Shown here one piece after another: positions 10,818 through 18,983 of a stretch of DNA of 32,000 nt (position 1 is its first letter; each line of letters opens with the position of its first letter). Below the pieces are notes generated by a model. That model was given only the letters and a program-made list of their open reading frames with translations. It did no database searches and was not told where the DNA came from. A program made the position numbers and the translations under genes. Source of the DNA: Candidatus Saccharimonadota bacterium. Lineage in GTDB: Bacteria; Patescibacteriota; Microgenomatia; UBA1406; GWC2-37-13. The stretch is taken from positions 780,001 through 812,000 of the forward strand of contig CP066689.1 in the NCBI GenBank assembly GCA_016432445.1, read 5' to 3'.

Positions 10818-12151
10818 TGGAAGTAATTCATTTTTATGATGTTTCCATAGGTCAAAAAATGGCTACATTATCGGGGGAGACTATGGATGTAGTGGATCTT
10901 TCAAGAAGAAAAAAATTAGAAGACCCAGTATTGTTCGAATCTAAAGGACTAATAGAAAAATTAGATAAATACGATTTTGATCCTATAGGTATTAAGCATT
11001 CTTCAAGATGGGAAAATATAATGGCGACGATGATTTTTTCTATATCAGACCAGATACCAAATAGAGAAGAAATTAAAAGGGGTAGACAAATAATAGAAAA
11101 ATTACCAAGACATCTAAAAGCAGACATCGACAGACAATTCGTGTTAACCTTCTTGCCTTATTTATTAACTGGTTTTAATTTTCATCTGGGAAAGTCTTTC
11201 GTAGCAAATGCTAATTTGATTGATAATAGTGTAAGTTTTATTGGAGAAGTATATAGAAATCCATTAGTAAATGCCTCTTCATTTTTATGTGCTCACAGAG
11301 AATCTTTTAAAGTAAAAACGTTAAGTTTAGTCGATCATGTTCACGAAAAAAAAGTTAAAAGAGTCTTAGGCCTAGAATTAGGTTTACTAGCAAATGCTTT
11401 AATTAAAACAATAAATATCGATTGGTATCAACAGACTGCAACTCCAAAAGCTTCTTCAAATATGTTTCCCGAAATATTCATTAATTATTTAAAAACAGGA
11501 AAGATAGGCGACCTTATGAAAACCATTGAAGCACACAGAGTTGAGATAGAAGGATTGATGTCAAAATATATTGGTCCAGATACTAATTTGAATTTAAAAC
11601 CTCTTGATACTTTTACCTCTCTTGTAGAGTCTTATTTAGACAATAGATATGGAGAAACATGGAGAGAGATGCAATCCTTCAGCAATGAGAATGACGCATT
11701 GGCAAAAATTGCTTACGAAATGACTCTTCCAGAAGTAACAAGATTAATGCCATTTTTTAAACAAGCAACTGAAGCAATAGTTGAACTTAATAGATATAAA
11801 TATTCGACCGTCACAACAAATCATGAAGAACAGAACTTAATAGCCGCAGTTATCGAATGGTTCCTTAAATGTCAAAAAATGACTAAATTCGGAAAGGCAC
11901 TTTATGAAACAGCTTTTTATTATCTTTGGGGCGCTCTTTCAGGAAATAATTCAATGGTAGGCATTGGTATAGATAGGGACCACGACAATTATCAATATTA
12001 TGCTTTTAGACAAGGATACAATGACAACAGACGAGATAAGACTACCCAAGAAGATAATATTCCGTTATTATATGCAAGAAGAAATGAAGAGGAAAAGCCA
12101 AAAGGACTTCTAAAAGATATCTCTTTTAGACAATTTTGGAGAGGTGAATAA
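10817..12151 (+). CDS. hypothetical protein (444 aa, apparently all-alpha, no recognised family)
   Basis: Long uninterrupted ORF. Its start overlaps the folE stop by 1 nt (TAATG), and it is co-directional within a tightly packed operon. No catalytic motif recognised. Confidence 0.65.
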   Translation: MEVIHFYDVSIGQKMATLSGETMDVVDLSRRKKLEDPVLFESKGLIEKLDKYDFDPIGIKHSSRWENIMATMIFSISDQIPNREEIKRGRQIIEKLPRHLKADIDRQFVLTFLPYLLTGFNFHLGKSFVANANLIDNSVSFIGEVYRNPLVNASSFLCAHRESFKVKTLSLVDHVHEKKVKRVLGLELGLLANALIKTINIDWYQQTATPKASSNMFPEIFINYLKTGKIGDLMKTIEAHRVEIEGLMSKYIGPDTNLNLKPLDTFTSLVESYLDNRYGETWREMQSFSNENDALAKIAYEMTLPEVTRLMPFFKQATEAIVELNRYKYSTVTTNHEEQNLIAAVIEWFLKCQKMTKFGKALYETAFYYLWGALSGNNSMVGIGIDRDHDNYQYYAFRQGYNDNRRDKTTQEDNIPLLYARRNEEEKPKGLLKDISFRQFWRGE

Positions 12152-12169
12152 TAATTAAGATAAAGTTAT

Positions 12170-14122
12170 ATGGAAACTTTAAGAAAAGATTCAATACAGC
12201 CAAAAAATTATAATCGCTCATTACTTTCATCATTGGCAACGGAAATTAGGATGTCAGTCTTTGACACTATAATCAATGCAAAAAGTGGGCATCTTGGCGG
12301 TAATTCTTCCTCTGTTGAGCTACTCACTTGTTTATATTTTGGAGGGATTTTAAAGTTTGACGTTAATAATCCTGAAAACATTAATAGAGATAGAGTTTTA
12401 ATTAGAGGTCATGAAGGACCAGTGAGATATAAAATATTTAGCCTTATGGGCTTATTCCCTGAGGAAGAATTAAAAACATACAGACAGTTCGGTTCAATAT
12501 TACAAGGGCATGAAGACATGCATACTACCCCAGGAGTAGATATCACTCCTTCAGGTTCATTGGGAATGGTTTTATCCTATGGGGTAGGCAGTGCAATAAC
12601 AGCTAAAGAAAATGACTTAGATTATAAAACCTTTGTCTTCCTTGGAGACGGAGAAGAGCAGGAAGGAAATGTAAGCGAAGCAGCAAGACACGCATCGAAT
12701 TTAGGTTTAGACAATTTAATATGTATTCTTGATAAAAACGATAAGCAATTATCTCGACCGACTATGGAATCTGATGGGGGAGCAAATATTGCAAAAATAT
12801 GGGAAGGATATGGATGGGATGTAATGGAAATAACAGACGGACATAATGTTGATGAGATAATGCGAGCGTATTTAAAACTAGATAAGATTAAAAAACCTAC
12901 CTTAGTTATTGCCCATACAATAAAAGGTAAAGGAATTCCTTATGCTGAAGACAACTATTGCGGCTATCATACTCTCAGTGTTTGCCCTAAAGAATTTGCT
13001 GATCAAGCGTTCAAGACGTCAACTGAGGAAGTCGAAAAACACTGGGAAGAAATAAGCACAGCAAAACTATTAGCTCCTGCATTAATTGCAAAACCAAGTG
13101 ATCCAGCTATTGGTTCAGATCGTGCTTTAACTCCAGAAATCGATATTGCCGTAAATCCGGAAGATGCAGCAAACCTGGATTATTCTCAAGGTTTCTATTT
13201 TAATAAACTTAATGAGTTAAGCGATAATGGAAAAAAAATGAAATTATATGTCTTAACTCCTGATTTTATAAGAAAAGATTTGGTAGAAATGGCTGCTTTC
13301 CCAAAATTTTCTAAGTTCATTGATACTGGAATTAGAGAACAACACGCAGTTGCCATGGCTCACGGGATATCCATATCTGATCCATCAGCTCGAATTTTTA
13401 TCAACTTTGGCGATGCCTTTATTTATAGAGCAATGGATCAATTAAATGCGGCCGCACAAGGTTCTAGCAAAATGTTTATAGTCGGTGAACACAGTGGATT
13501 AACCCAAGACCGAAACGGTAAGACACACCAAACAAGTGGTCAACCAGGTGCTCTAGTTCACATTCCTGGATTAATAGTAAAAGAACCATCAGATGTACAA
13601 GATTTATATAATGTATTTAATTGGGCTTTTACTAAGAATCCTGGAATAATATATGCGAGATTACATAGAAAAAATATAACACCTCTATATAGAGAAGAGA
13701 AAGACAAAAATAACATTAAATCCTATATTACTCATGAGCCCTGTAAGAAACCCTCTTTAGTTATTGTTAGTAGCGGCTTTACTACTCATAACGCAGTTAA
13801 AGCTGCTGAAATTCTTGAATGCGAATATGATATTCCAACTAGAGTGATCAATGTAATAGGACTCAATGAGCTGGATGAAGATTTTGTTCATTTACTTGAG
13901 CCAGATGTTCCTGTATTAACGGTATACAATGGATCAGGTAAAGTATTACAATCAATGGTCAGTTCTGCTGTCATGGAATCTACTTTTTTAAGACCAAGTG
14001 TTATAAGAGGTTATGGATTTGAGTTTGGAACTTCAGGTAGTTTAGAAGATTTAGAAAAGTATTATAAACTTGATAAACAAGGTATTGCTCAAACTGCAAA
14101 AAATTTATTCACCTACAAATGA
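12170..14122 (+). CDS. transketolase-family thiamine-diphosphate enzyme (fused N-terminal and C-terminal sections)
   Basis: SGHLGGNSSSVELLTCLYF, ThDP/Mg motif LGDGEEQEGNVSEAARHASNLGLDNLICILDKND, pyrimidine-binding half FIDTGIREQHAVAMAHGIS. The architecture resembles the split transketolase subunits fused into a single 650-aa chain. Confidence 0.8.
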   Translation: METLRKDSIQPKNYNRSLLSSLATEIRMSVFDTIINAKSGHLGGNSSSVELLTCLYFGGILKFDVNNPENINRDRVLIRGHEGPVRYKIFSLMGLFPEEELKTYRQFGSILQGHEDMHTTPGVDITPSGSLGMVLSYGVGSAITAKENDLDYKTFVFLGDGEEQEGNVSEAARHASNLGLDNLICILDKNDKQLSRPTMESDGGANIAKIWEGYGWDVMEITDGHNVDEIMRAYLKLDKIKKPTLVIAHTIKGKGIPYAEDNYCGYHTLSVCPKEFADQAFKTSTEEVEKHWEEISTAKLLAPALIAKPSDPAIGSDRALTPEIDIAVNPEDAANLDYSQGFYFNKLNELSDNGKKMKLYVLTPDFIRKDLVEMAAFPKFSKFIDTGIREQHAVAMAHGISISDPSARIFINFGDAFIYRAMDQLNAAAQGSSKMFIVGEHSGLTQDRNGKTHQTSGQPGALVHIPGLIVKEPSDVQDLYNVFNWAFTKNPGIIYARLHRKNITPLYREEKDKNNIKSYITHEPCKKPSLVIVSSGFTTHNAVKAAEILECEYDIPTRVINVIGLNELDEDFVHLLEPDVPVLTVYNGSGKVLQSMVSSAVMESTFLRPSVIRGYGFEFGTSGSLEDLEKYYKLDKQGIAQTAKNLFTYK

Positions 14123-14793
14123 AAAAAAAAGTCTTAATTATCGGAGGAAACTCAAAAATTGCCCGTACTTTTATTAAAAAATATAAAAACAAATATGATA
14201 TTGATGTCACGATACATGATGATAAGGAAGAACTTGTTAAAAATATAAATTACTTTTATCTAAACTTGGCAAACGTAACTGCTATCAAAAACTTAACTAT
14301 TAAATTGAAAAAATATAATTACGATGGAGTTTTATTCTTTGCTAGTGTTTATTCTATGAATGCCAATTATAAACAAGCCGAGTTCTTGAAGATTATTAAG
14401 ATTAATTTCTTAAGTTGTCTTAATTTAATCAGTAATTTAAAATTAAATAAAAATTCAAAGATAATTTTTTTTACGGATGAAGGTATAACTCAACCTAAAA
14501 ATAAACATTTTTTCTATTCTTTTTCAAAAGCGCTATTAGAAAACTACATTAGAATCTTGGCCGTAGATTTTGCACCACATACTTCTATAATTGGCATTGG
14601 CTTAGGTCCGATTATGACTGATAAAGATACTCTTTTAAAAAAAAAGTTTTATCTGAAAAGTCTTATTTCTATAAAAAATCCTTGCTCTGGTCTTATCAAG
14701 TTTATAAATTTTATACTCTCTGAAAAAAATTTTTATTTAACTGGAAAGATTATTCCTTTTGACGGCGGAGCATATATTAACAGATTAAATTGA
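14119..14793 (+). CDS. short-chain dehydrogenase/reductase family protein
   Basis: N-terminal Rossmann turn KVLIIGGNSKIARTF, catalytic YSFSK (YxxxK), then IGIGLGPIMT (resembles the PG motif region). The ATGA start overlaps the preceding stop. Confidence 0.6.
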   Translation: MKKKVLIIGGNSKIARTFIKKYKNKYDIDVTIHDDKEELVKNINYFYLNLANVTAIKNLTIKLKKYNYDGVLFFASVYSMNANYKQAEFLKIIKINFLSCLNLISNLKLNKNSKIIFFTDEGITQPKNKHFFYSFSKALLENYIRILAVDFAPHTSIIGIGLGPIMTDKDTLLKKKFYLKSLISIKNPCSGLIKFINFILSEKNFYLTGKIIPFDGGAYINRLN

Positions 14794-14794
14794 T

Positions 14795-15403
14795 ATGAGA
14801 AATAATTTATTCTTAATCCCGGGTTTAACAACGCATGCGAAAAATTTTCTTGTAAATGCACTTAATGATTACTATTCTAAATATGACAATTATCACTATA
14901 TATTGTTAAGCTTTCATAAAAAAAATAGACATCCTTCAAACAAACTCAAAACCGAATGTATAGAATTAGCTAAGAAAATAAAGCTCGTATCAAGTACCAA
15001 TGAAAAAAATATAGTAATTGCAAAATCGTTGGGAGGAGTCATAGCAACTACGGCGTTAAAATTGAGCAAAACAATACAAATAGATAAATTAATCATACTA
15101 GGGTTACCTATAGTTTTAGGCTATCCTCCCAATATTAATTTACTGAAAGATAACTCTCCTTTTTCAAATTATGTTAGTGAATACATTGATTTATTCAAGA
15201 ATCTTAAAAATAAAGAAATTCATATTATTCAAGGTAACGAAGACGATTTATGTCCAATAGATGATTTATTAAAAATCACCTTAGATTATAAGAACATAAA
15301 AATACATGTTATCAAAGGTGGAAATCATGATTTTGATTGTTGTAAAAAAACAGAATATAAAAATTTATTTAAGATCATTGAAGATAAAATCAATCTAATA
15401 TGA
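14795..15403 (+). CDS. alpha/beta-fold hydrolase
   Basis: Nucleophile elbow IAKSLGG, acidic IIQGNEDDLCP, C-terminal GGNHDF. These fit a Ser-Asp-His triad in the usual order. 202 aa. Confidence 0.5.
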   Translation: MRNNLFLIPGLTTHAKNFLVNALNDYYSKYDNYHYILLSFHKKNRHPSNKLKTECIELAKKIKLVSSTNEKNIVIAKSLGGVIATTALKLSKTIQIDKLIILGLPIVLGYPPNINLLKDNSPFSNYVSEYIDLFKNLKNKEIHIIQGNEDDLCPIDDLLKITLDYKNIKIHVIKGGNHDFDCCKKTEYKNLFKIIEDKINLI

Positions 15404-15891
15404 GTAAAAGAAATATTGTGTTAAGTCTAGAATGCTTCGTTCAAAAAAATGGCAAATACTTGATGCTTCACCGCAATAAAAATAAAAAAATAATGCCAGG
15501 AGTGTGGATGGCTCCTGGTGGAAAAAGAGAATTTAACGAAGGATTATTTGAAGCAGCAAGAAGAGAAATTAAAGAAGAAACAGGCCTTGAAATAAAAAAT
15601 CTGAGAATTAAAGCTACAGGGAATGCATATCTTAAGGATGTAAATCAAGAACTATACTTTCATTTCATTTTTGCAGACTACGCTGGCGGCAAAGTTAAAC
15701 AAAATTCTGAAGAGGATGGTACGCTGGTTTGGATGTTTCCTGAAGATATAGTTAAACTAGATAATTTACTTTCAGAAATAAAAGAGATATATCGTTATAT
15801 TTTTACCAAAAATAATAAAGTAATTTCTTATAAAGCAGTATACGAAAAAGGTAATAAAATGGTTTTTTTTGAATTAGAGAAACCATTATAA
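15400..15891 (+). CDS. Nudix (MutT-family) hydrolase, paralog of 460-945
   Basis: Nudix box GGKREFNEGLFEAARREIKEETGL. By my hand alignment about 70% aa identity to the ORF at 460-945 over the full length. The ATGA start overlaps the preceding stop. Confidence 0.85.
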   Translation: MSKRNIVLSLECFVQKNGKYLMLHRNKNKKIMPGVWMAPGGKREFNEGLFEAARREIKEETGLEIKNLRIKATGNAYLKDVNQELYFHFIFADYAGGKVKQNSEEDGTLVWMFPEDIVKLDNLLSEIKEIYRYIFTKNNKVISYKAVYEKGNKMVFFELEKPL

Positions 15892-15903
15892 ATTCATTTA
15901 TAA
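15886..15903. terminator. AT-only palindrome TTATAAAT-tc-ATTTATAA between convergent genes (weak bidirectional terminator candidate)
   Basis: Perfect 8-bp inverted repeat spanning the Nudix stop, 8 nt from the stop of the minus-strand 77-aa ORF. The stem contains no G or C, so it would be weak. Confidence 0.25.
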
Positions 15904-15910
15904 TGAACAC

Positions 15911-16144
15911 TTAACCTCTTTCTTTATTTCCTCCTTTAGGAGAAATATTTACTACTGTTTCACTTCTTTGAAAAATCTCAGGCGGTCTACTAATATCTAT
16001 ATCTAGCGTTTCCTTTACAATATCTCCTTGCGGTTCTAAAGGATCTTCTGGTTTTACTAGTTTTTCTGTTTGCTTCTTTGCCTCGTCACGTATCAATCTG
16101 GCTCCAATTATTGGTTTAAATGAATCATTATTAGGATCAAACAT
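15911..16144 (-). CDS. hypothetical small protein (77 aa)
   Basis: Strong Shine-Dalgarno AGGAGGTGA 7 nt upstream of the ATG, and a near-consensus promoter just upstream. No family recognised. Confidence 0.55.
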   Translation of the reverse strand: MFDPNNDSFKPIIGARLIRDEAKKQTEKLVKPEDPLEPQGDIVKETLDIDISRPPEIFQRSETVVNISPKGGNKERG

Positions 16145-16179
16145 ATAAAATCACCTCCTATTCTTAAAAAATTATCTTG

Positions 16180-16207
16180 ATTATACTACTATAATAGGAT
16201 TTTTCAA
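16180..16207 (-). promoter_or_regulatory. sigma70-like promoter TTGAAA-16 nt-TATAAT
   Basis: The minus strand reads TTGAAAaatcctattatagtagTATAAT. The -10 ends about 35 nt upstream of the ATG at 16144. Confidence 0.45.
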
Positions 16208-16270
16208 CATTTCGATTTCCGCCTGACACCGCTGACAAAATAGTTTGTATCAAAACCGAAGGATCTCAAT

Positions 16271-17008
16271 TTAACTTTCTTTTGAAGGATGGGGTTGACC
16301 TTCAATTCCTCGGGGAGGCACCCCAAGTCTGGTAATTACTTCCTTTGAAGGAAGATTGAAAAAATCGCCAATCTCTAGATCTATCTGACTACTCATTTTT
16401 TTGCCTTTTAGGATTTGAGCTACTTCCTCATCATTTGGAGCATTAACTAATCTATCGCAAAGTTCATATATTATGCTGTCTTCAATTAAGTTTCGTCTAT
16501 CCACTTTCGGATAAGACGACTCTAACCCTAAATTACTTAACCATTCCGCTCTTGGTATCACCTGCCCAGTCCTCATGCATTCTCCCAACCACAAAAGCAT
16601 GATATTGCCGTCATTCCCCTTAAACCAATATTCTCCACCCAAGTCCTGTAAATCTTTAAGATATTTTCCCTCCCCAAAATGCGGAAAATTAATTTCGTTT
16701 GATGAAACTGTTACTAGATTAAGGTTTGGAAATTCACTTTTTCTTTCAAGCAAAGACTTTGCCAACTCAAGCCCCCTTGTTTTTGAAGGAGAAGTAGTAT
16801 TATCTAAAATAACAAATGTAGGCCTGTCCATTTTTTTCTCTAAAAATTTTGCAGCAGCATCTAACTGTAGAAAATGTGTAATATTTTCTTTCGGTATCCC
16901 AATCAAATGACGCATACCCGCAATGATTTTTGGATATACGTGCACTGAATCTTCAGCATAAACAATTTGTATATCTTTTAAAGAAGCAACCGGACTAAAT
17001 TGTCTCAT
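16271..17008 (-). CDS. hypothetical protein with CheY-like receiver-type N-terminal pattern
   Basis: IQIVYAEDS ... FVILDNTTS...GLELAKSLL...NLNLVTVSS follows the beta-alpha spacing of receiver domains (acidic pair, ILD phospho-acceptor position, G-LE-L helix). The C-terminal 120 aa or so are unassigned. The domain call is tentative. Confidence 0.4.
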   Translation of the reverse strand: MRQFSPVASLKDIQIVYAEDSVHVYPKIIAGMRHLIGIPKENITHFLQLDAAAKFLEKKMDRPTFVILDNTTSPSKTRGLELAKSLLERKSEFPNLNLVTVSSNEINFPHFGEGKYLKDLQDLGGEYWFKGNDGNIMLLWLGECMRTGQVIPRAEWLSNLGLESSYPKVDRRNLIEDSIIYELCDRLVNAPNDEEVAQILKGKKMSSQIDLEIGDFFNLPSKEVITRLGVPPRGIEGQPHPSKES

Positions 17009-17030
17009 AGAATAAAGTCATTATAACAAC

Positions 17031-17279
17031 CTAATTATCGATTTTCAATTTTATGGCAGTCACTTCATGATACATAAGAACATCAACATCCAAAAATACC
17101 GGCTCAATCTCTTTTTGGGAAGAAGCCTCAATAAATTCCTGTCCTGAATTATATAAAGATTTTGGATCAGATGGGGGAGAGTCAGCATGAGCCAAACGGG
17201 GCAAATTAAGAGAAGCCATAAGCATCACCCCCGCCGCCGCATGGGCTACCTTTTTAATAACAGTCCTCTCAACATTCAT
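17031..17279 (-). CDS. hypothetical small secreted protein (82 aa)
   Basis: N-terminal signal-like segment KKVAHAAAGVMLMASLNLPRLAHA. It lies 22 nt upstream of the next minus-strand ORF, and a promoter candidate sits directly upstream. Confidence 0.45.
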   Translation of the reverse strand: MNVERTVIKKVAHAAAGVMLMASLNLPRLAHADSPPSDPKSLYNSGQEFIEASSQKEIEPVFLDVDVLMYHEVTAIKLKIDN

Positions 17280-17296
17280 AAATCAAAAGTACGGCC

Positions 17297-17325
17297 ATCT
17301 TAACCAATCCCCCTCTAAATGTCAA
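17297..17325 (-). promoter_or_regulatory. sigma70-like promoter TTGACA-17 nt-TAAGAT
   Basis: The minus strand reads TTGACAtttagagggggattggtTAAGAT. The -10 ends 17 nt before the ATG at 17279, which implies a very short leader. Confidence 0.4.
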
Positions 17326-17478
17326 ATTCCATCAGATTGAAAAAATAGACATAAGTAGTATACTTCAGATATGAAGATGTAAATTATACTCACATCTTTA
17401 TTTATTAGTTCTTTCTTCTTAGTATTAAAAAAGTGAAAATGCTACTTTTATTTGAATCAAAAACTCTAGCAAAAAAAT

Positions 17479-18918
17479 ATGAGACTTTCTGAGTACTTTA
17501 AATTAAATAAAACACAATTTGAACTTGATTTTATAGATATACCTTTAAATACAGATATACCTTTATTCGTAGATCCATACGCAATATCAACAAGAATCGA
17601 TCTATTTTCAATGGAGTGTGCTCAGATCATAATAAATTTTTTTCAAAGTGTTATTGATGATATAAAAAATAATAATGATAACAATGCTAAATATAAATTA
17701 AATTATCTTAATGAACTTAATGATACTCACTTAGGTCTTTCTCATAACAAACCTCGAGGAAAAGGGGTAAGTGGAGAACAGTCAATAGAGTTATTTGAAG
17801 CATTAAAAAAAAGTAAAGCTGCAATATCAGGGTTGCTTAACGATCTGTCGGATTGTGAATTATTAATACCAGGTATTAGTAGAGATAAAATTTCTGATAT
17901 TACAACTAATATTATAAAAACAAAGTTGATTGAATATACCCAACAGCAATGTATTACTTATAATATTCAAACTTATAAAGTTTCTTCAGGTAAACTCTGG
18001 AATCCAGTTGATGGCAAATGGGAATCTGGTCGGTATGTTGATTTGCCCATTTATAAAAATACGAGAATTATATTAATCCCTAAAGTGTTGGTAAGATATT
18101 CTTTAGTATACAATCATAAAAAGTATTACAACAATTTCGTTCTTGAATATTTACAAGAAGAAAATATTAGCACTAATACCTCTCTTGTGAGGTTATTAAA
18201 AAATGGAAAAAGTGTTGTATATAAGAAAGATTTAAAAGCCGATGATAGATATAAGCTTACTAAAGAATTCTTGTTTAATTTTTCTCTAGAACACCCCGAT
18301 ATATTAGAAAATTATACTAAATCTCTACCTAATAATTTACCTCCCTTATCAAATGAAGACATTGAAAAAAAGCAAACAGAATCAAAAAGTTTTGATTACG
18401 ATTCGCTTATAAATAAACTAAAGAGTATATCTCCTGGCACAAAAACCGCAACTGAATACCATAATCTTATGGTGGGTATATTAGAAATAATTTTCTATCC
18501 AAATTTAATAATCCCTATAAAACAAGAATTTATTCATAACGGAAGGAAAATAATCGATATTACTTATACTAATGCAGCAAAAAATGGTTTTTTTGAATAT
18601 CTCGCGAAACATATAGCTTGTCTTTTTGTAATATGTGAATGTAAAAATTATAAAGATGATCCGACGAATCCAGAACTTGATCAATTATCAGGAAGATTTT
18701 CACCGAATAGAGGAAAATTTGGTATCCTGCTCTGTAGGACAATCGAGAATAAAGATTTATTTTTTAAAAGATGTCAAGATACTGCAAATGATGATAGAGG
18801 TTTCATTATTCCTTTAGATGATGATGATATTATCAAACTACTTGAATACCGTAGCATTAATGACATTATAGCAATTGATGACTTTTTTACATTAAAATAT
18901 AAAAAATTAGTGATGTAA
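17479..18918 (+). CDS. hypothetical protein with C-terminal PD-(D/E)xK (restriction-endonuclease-like) motif
   Basis: C-terminal GRKIIDITYT ... LFVICECKNY ... ELDQLSGRF ... FGILLCRT has the D...ExK spacing and flanking hydrophobic strands typical of Mrr/restriction-endonuclease-fold cores. The N-terminal 340 aa or so (FELDFIDIPLNTDIPLFVDPYAIS...) are unassigned. Confidence 0.55.
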   Translation: MRLSEYFKLNKTQFELDFIDIPLNTDIPLFVDPYAISTRIDLFSMECAQIIINFFQSVIDDIKNNNDNNAKYKLNYLNELNDTHLGLSHNKPRGKGVSGEQSIELFEALKKSKAAISGLLNDLSDCELLIPGISRDKISDITTNIIKTKLIEYTQQQCITYNIQTYKVSSGKLWNPVDGKWESGRYVDLPIYKNTRIILIPKVLVRYSLVYNHKKYYNNFVLEYLQEENISTNTSLVRLLKNGKSVVYKKDLKADDRYKLTKEFLFNFSLEHPDILENYTKSLPNNLPPLSNEDIEKKQTESKSFDYDSLINKLKSISPGTKTATEYHNLMVGILEIIFYPNLIIPIKQEFIHNGRKIIDITYTNAAKNGFFEYLAKHIACLFVICECKNYKDDPTNPELDQLSGRFSPNRGKFGILLCRTIENKDLFFKRCQDTANDDRGFIIPLDDDDIIKLLEYRSINDIIAIDDFFTLKYKKLVM

Positions 18919-18983
18919 GTTTGAAGTAAAACACAGTGTAAAACAAGCTTTATTATCAGATCCACAAAGAGTAATATTAAATC

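Noticed and set aside
16575-16910. 111-aa plus-strand ORF
   Set aside because: It is fully nested antisense within the longer 245-aa minus-strand ORF, which has the operon context and a domain-like pattern.
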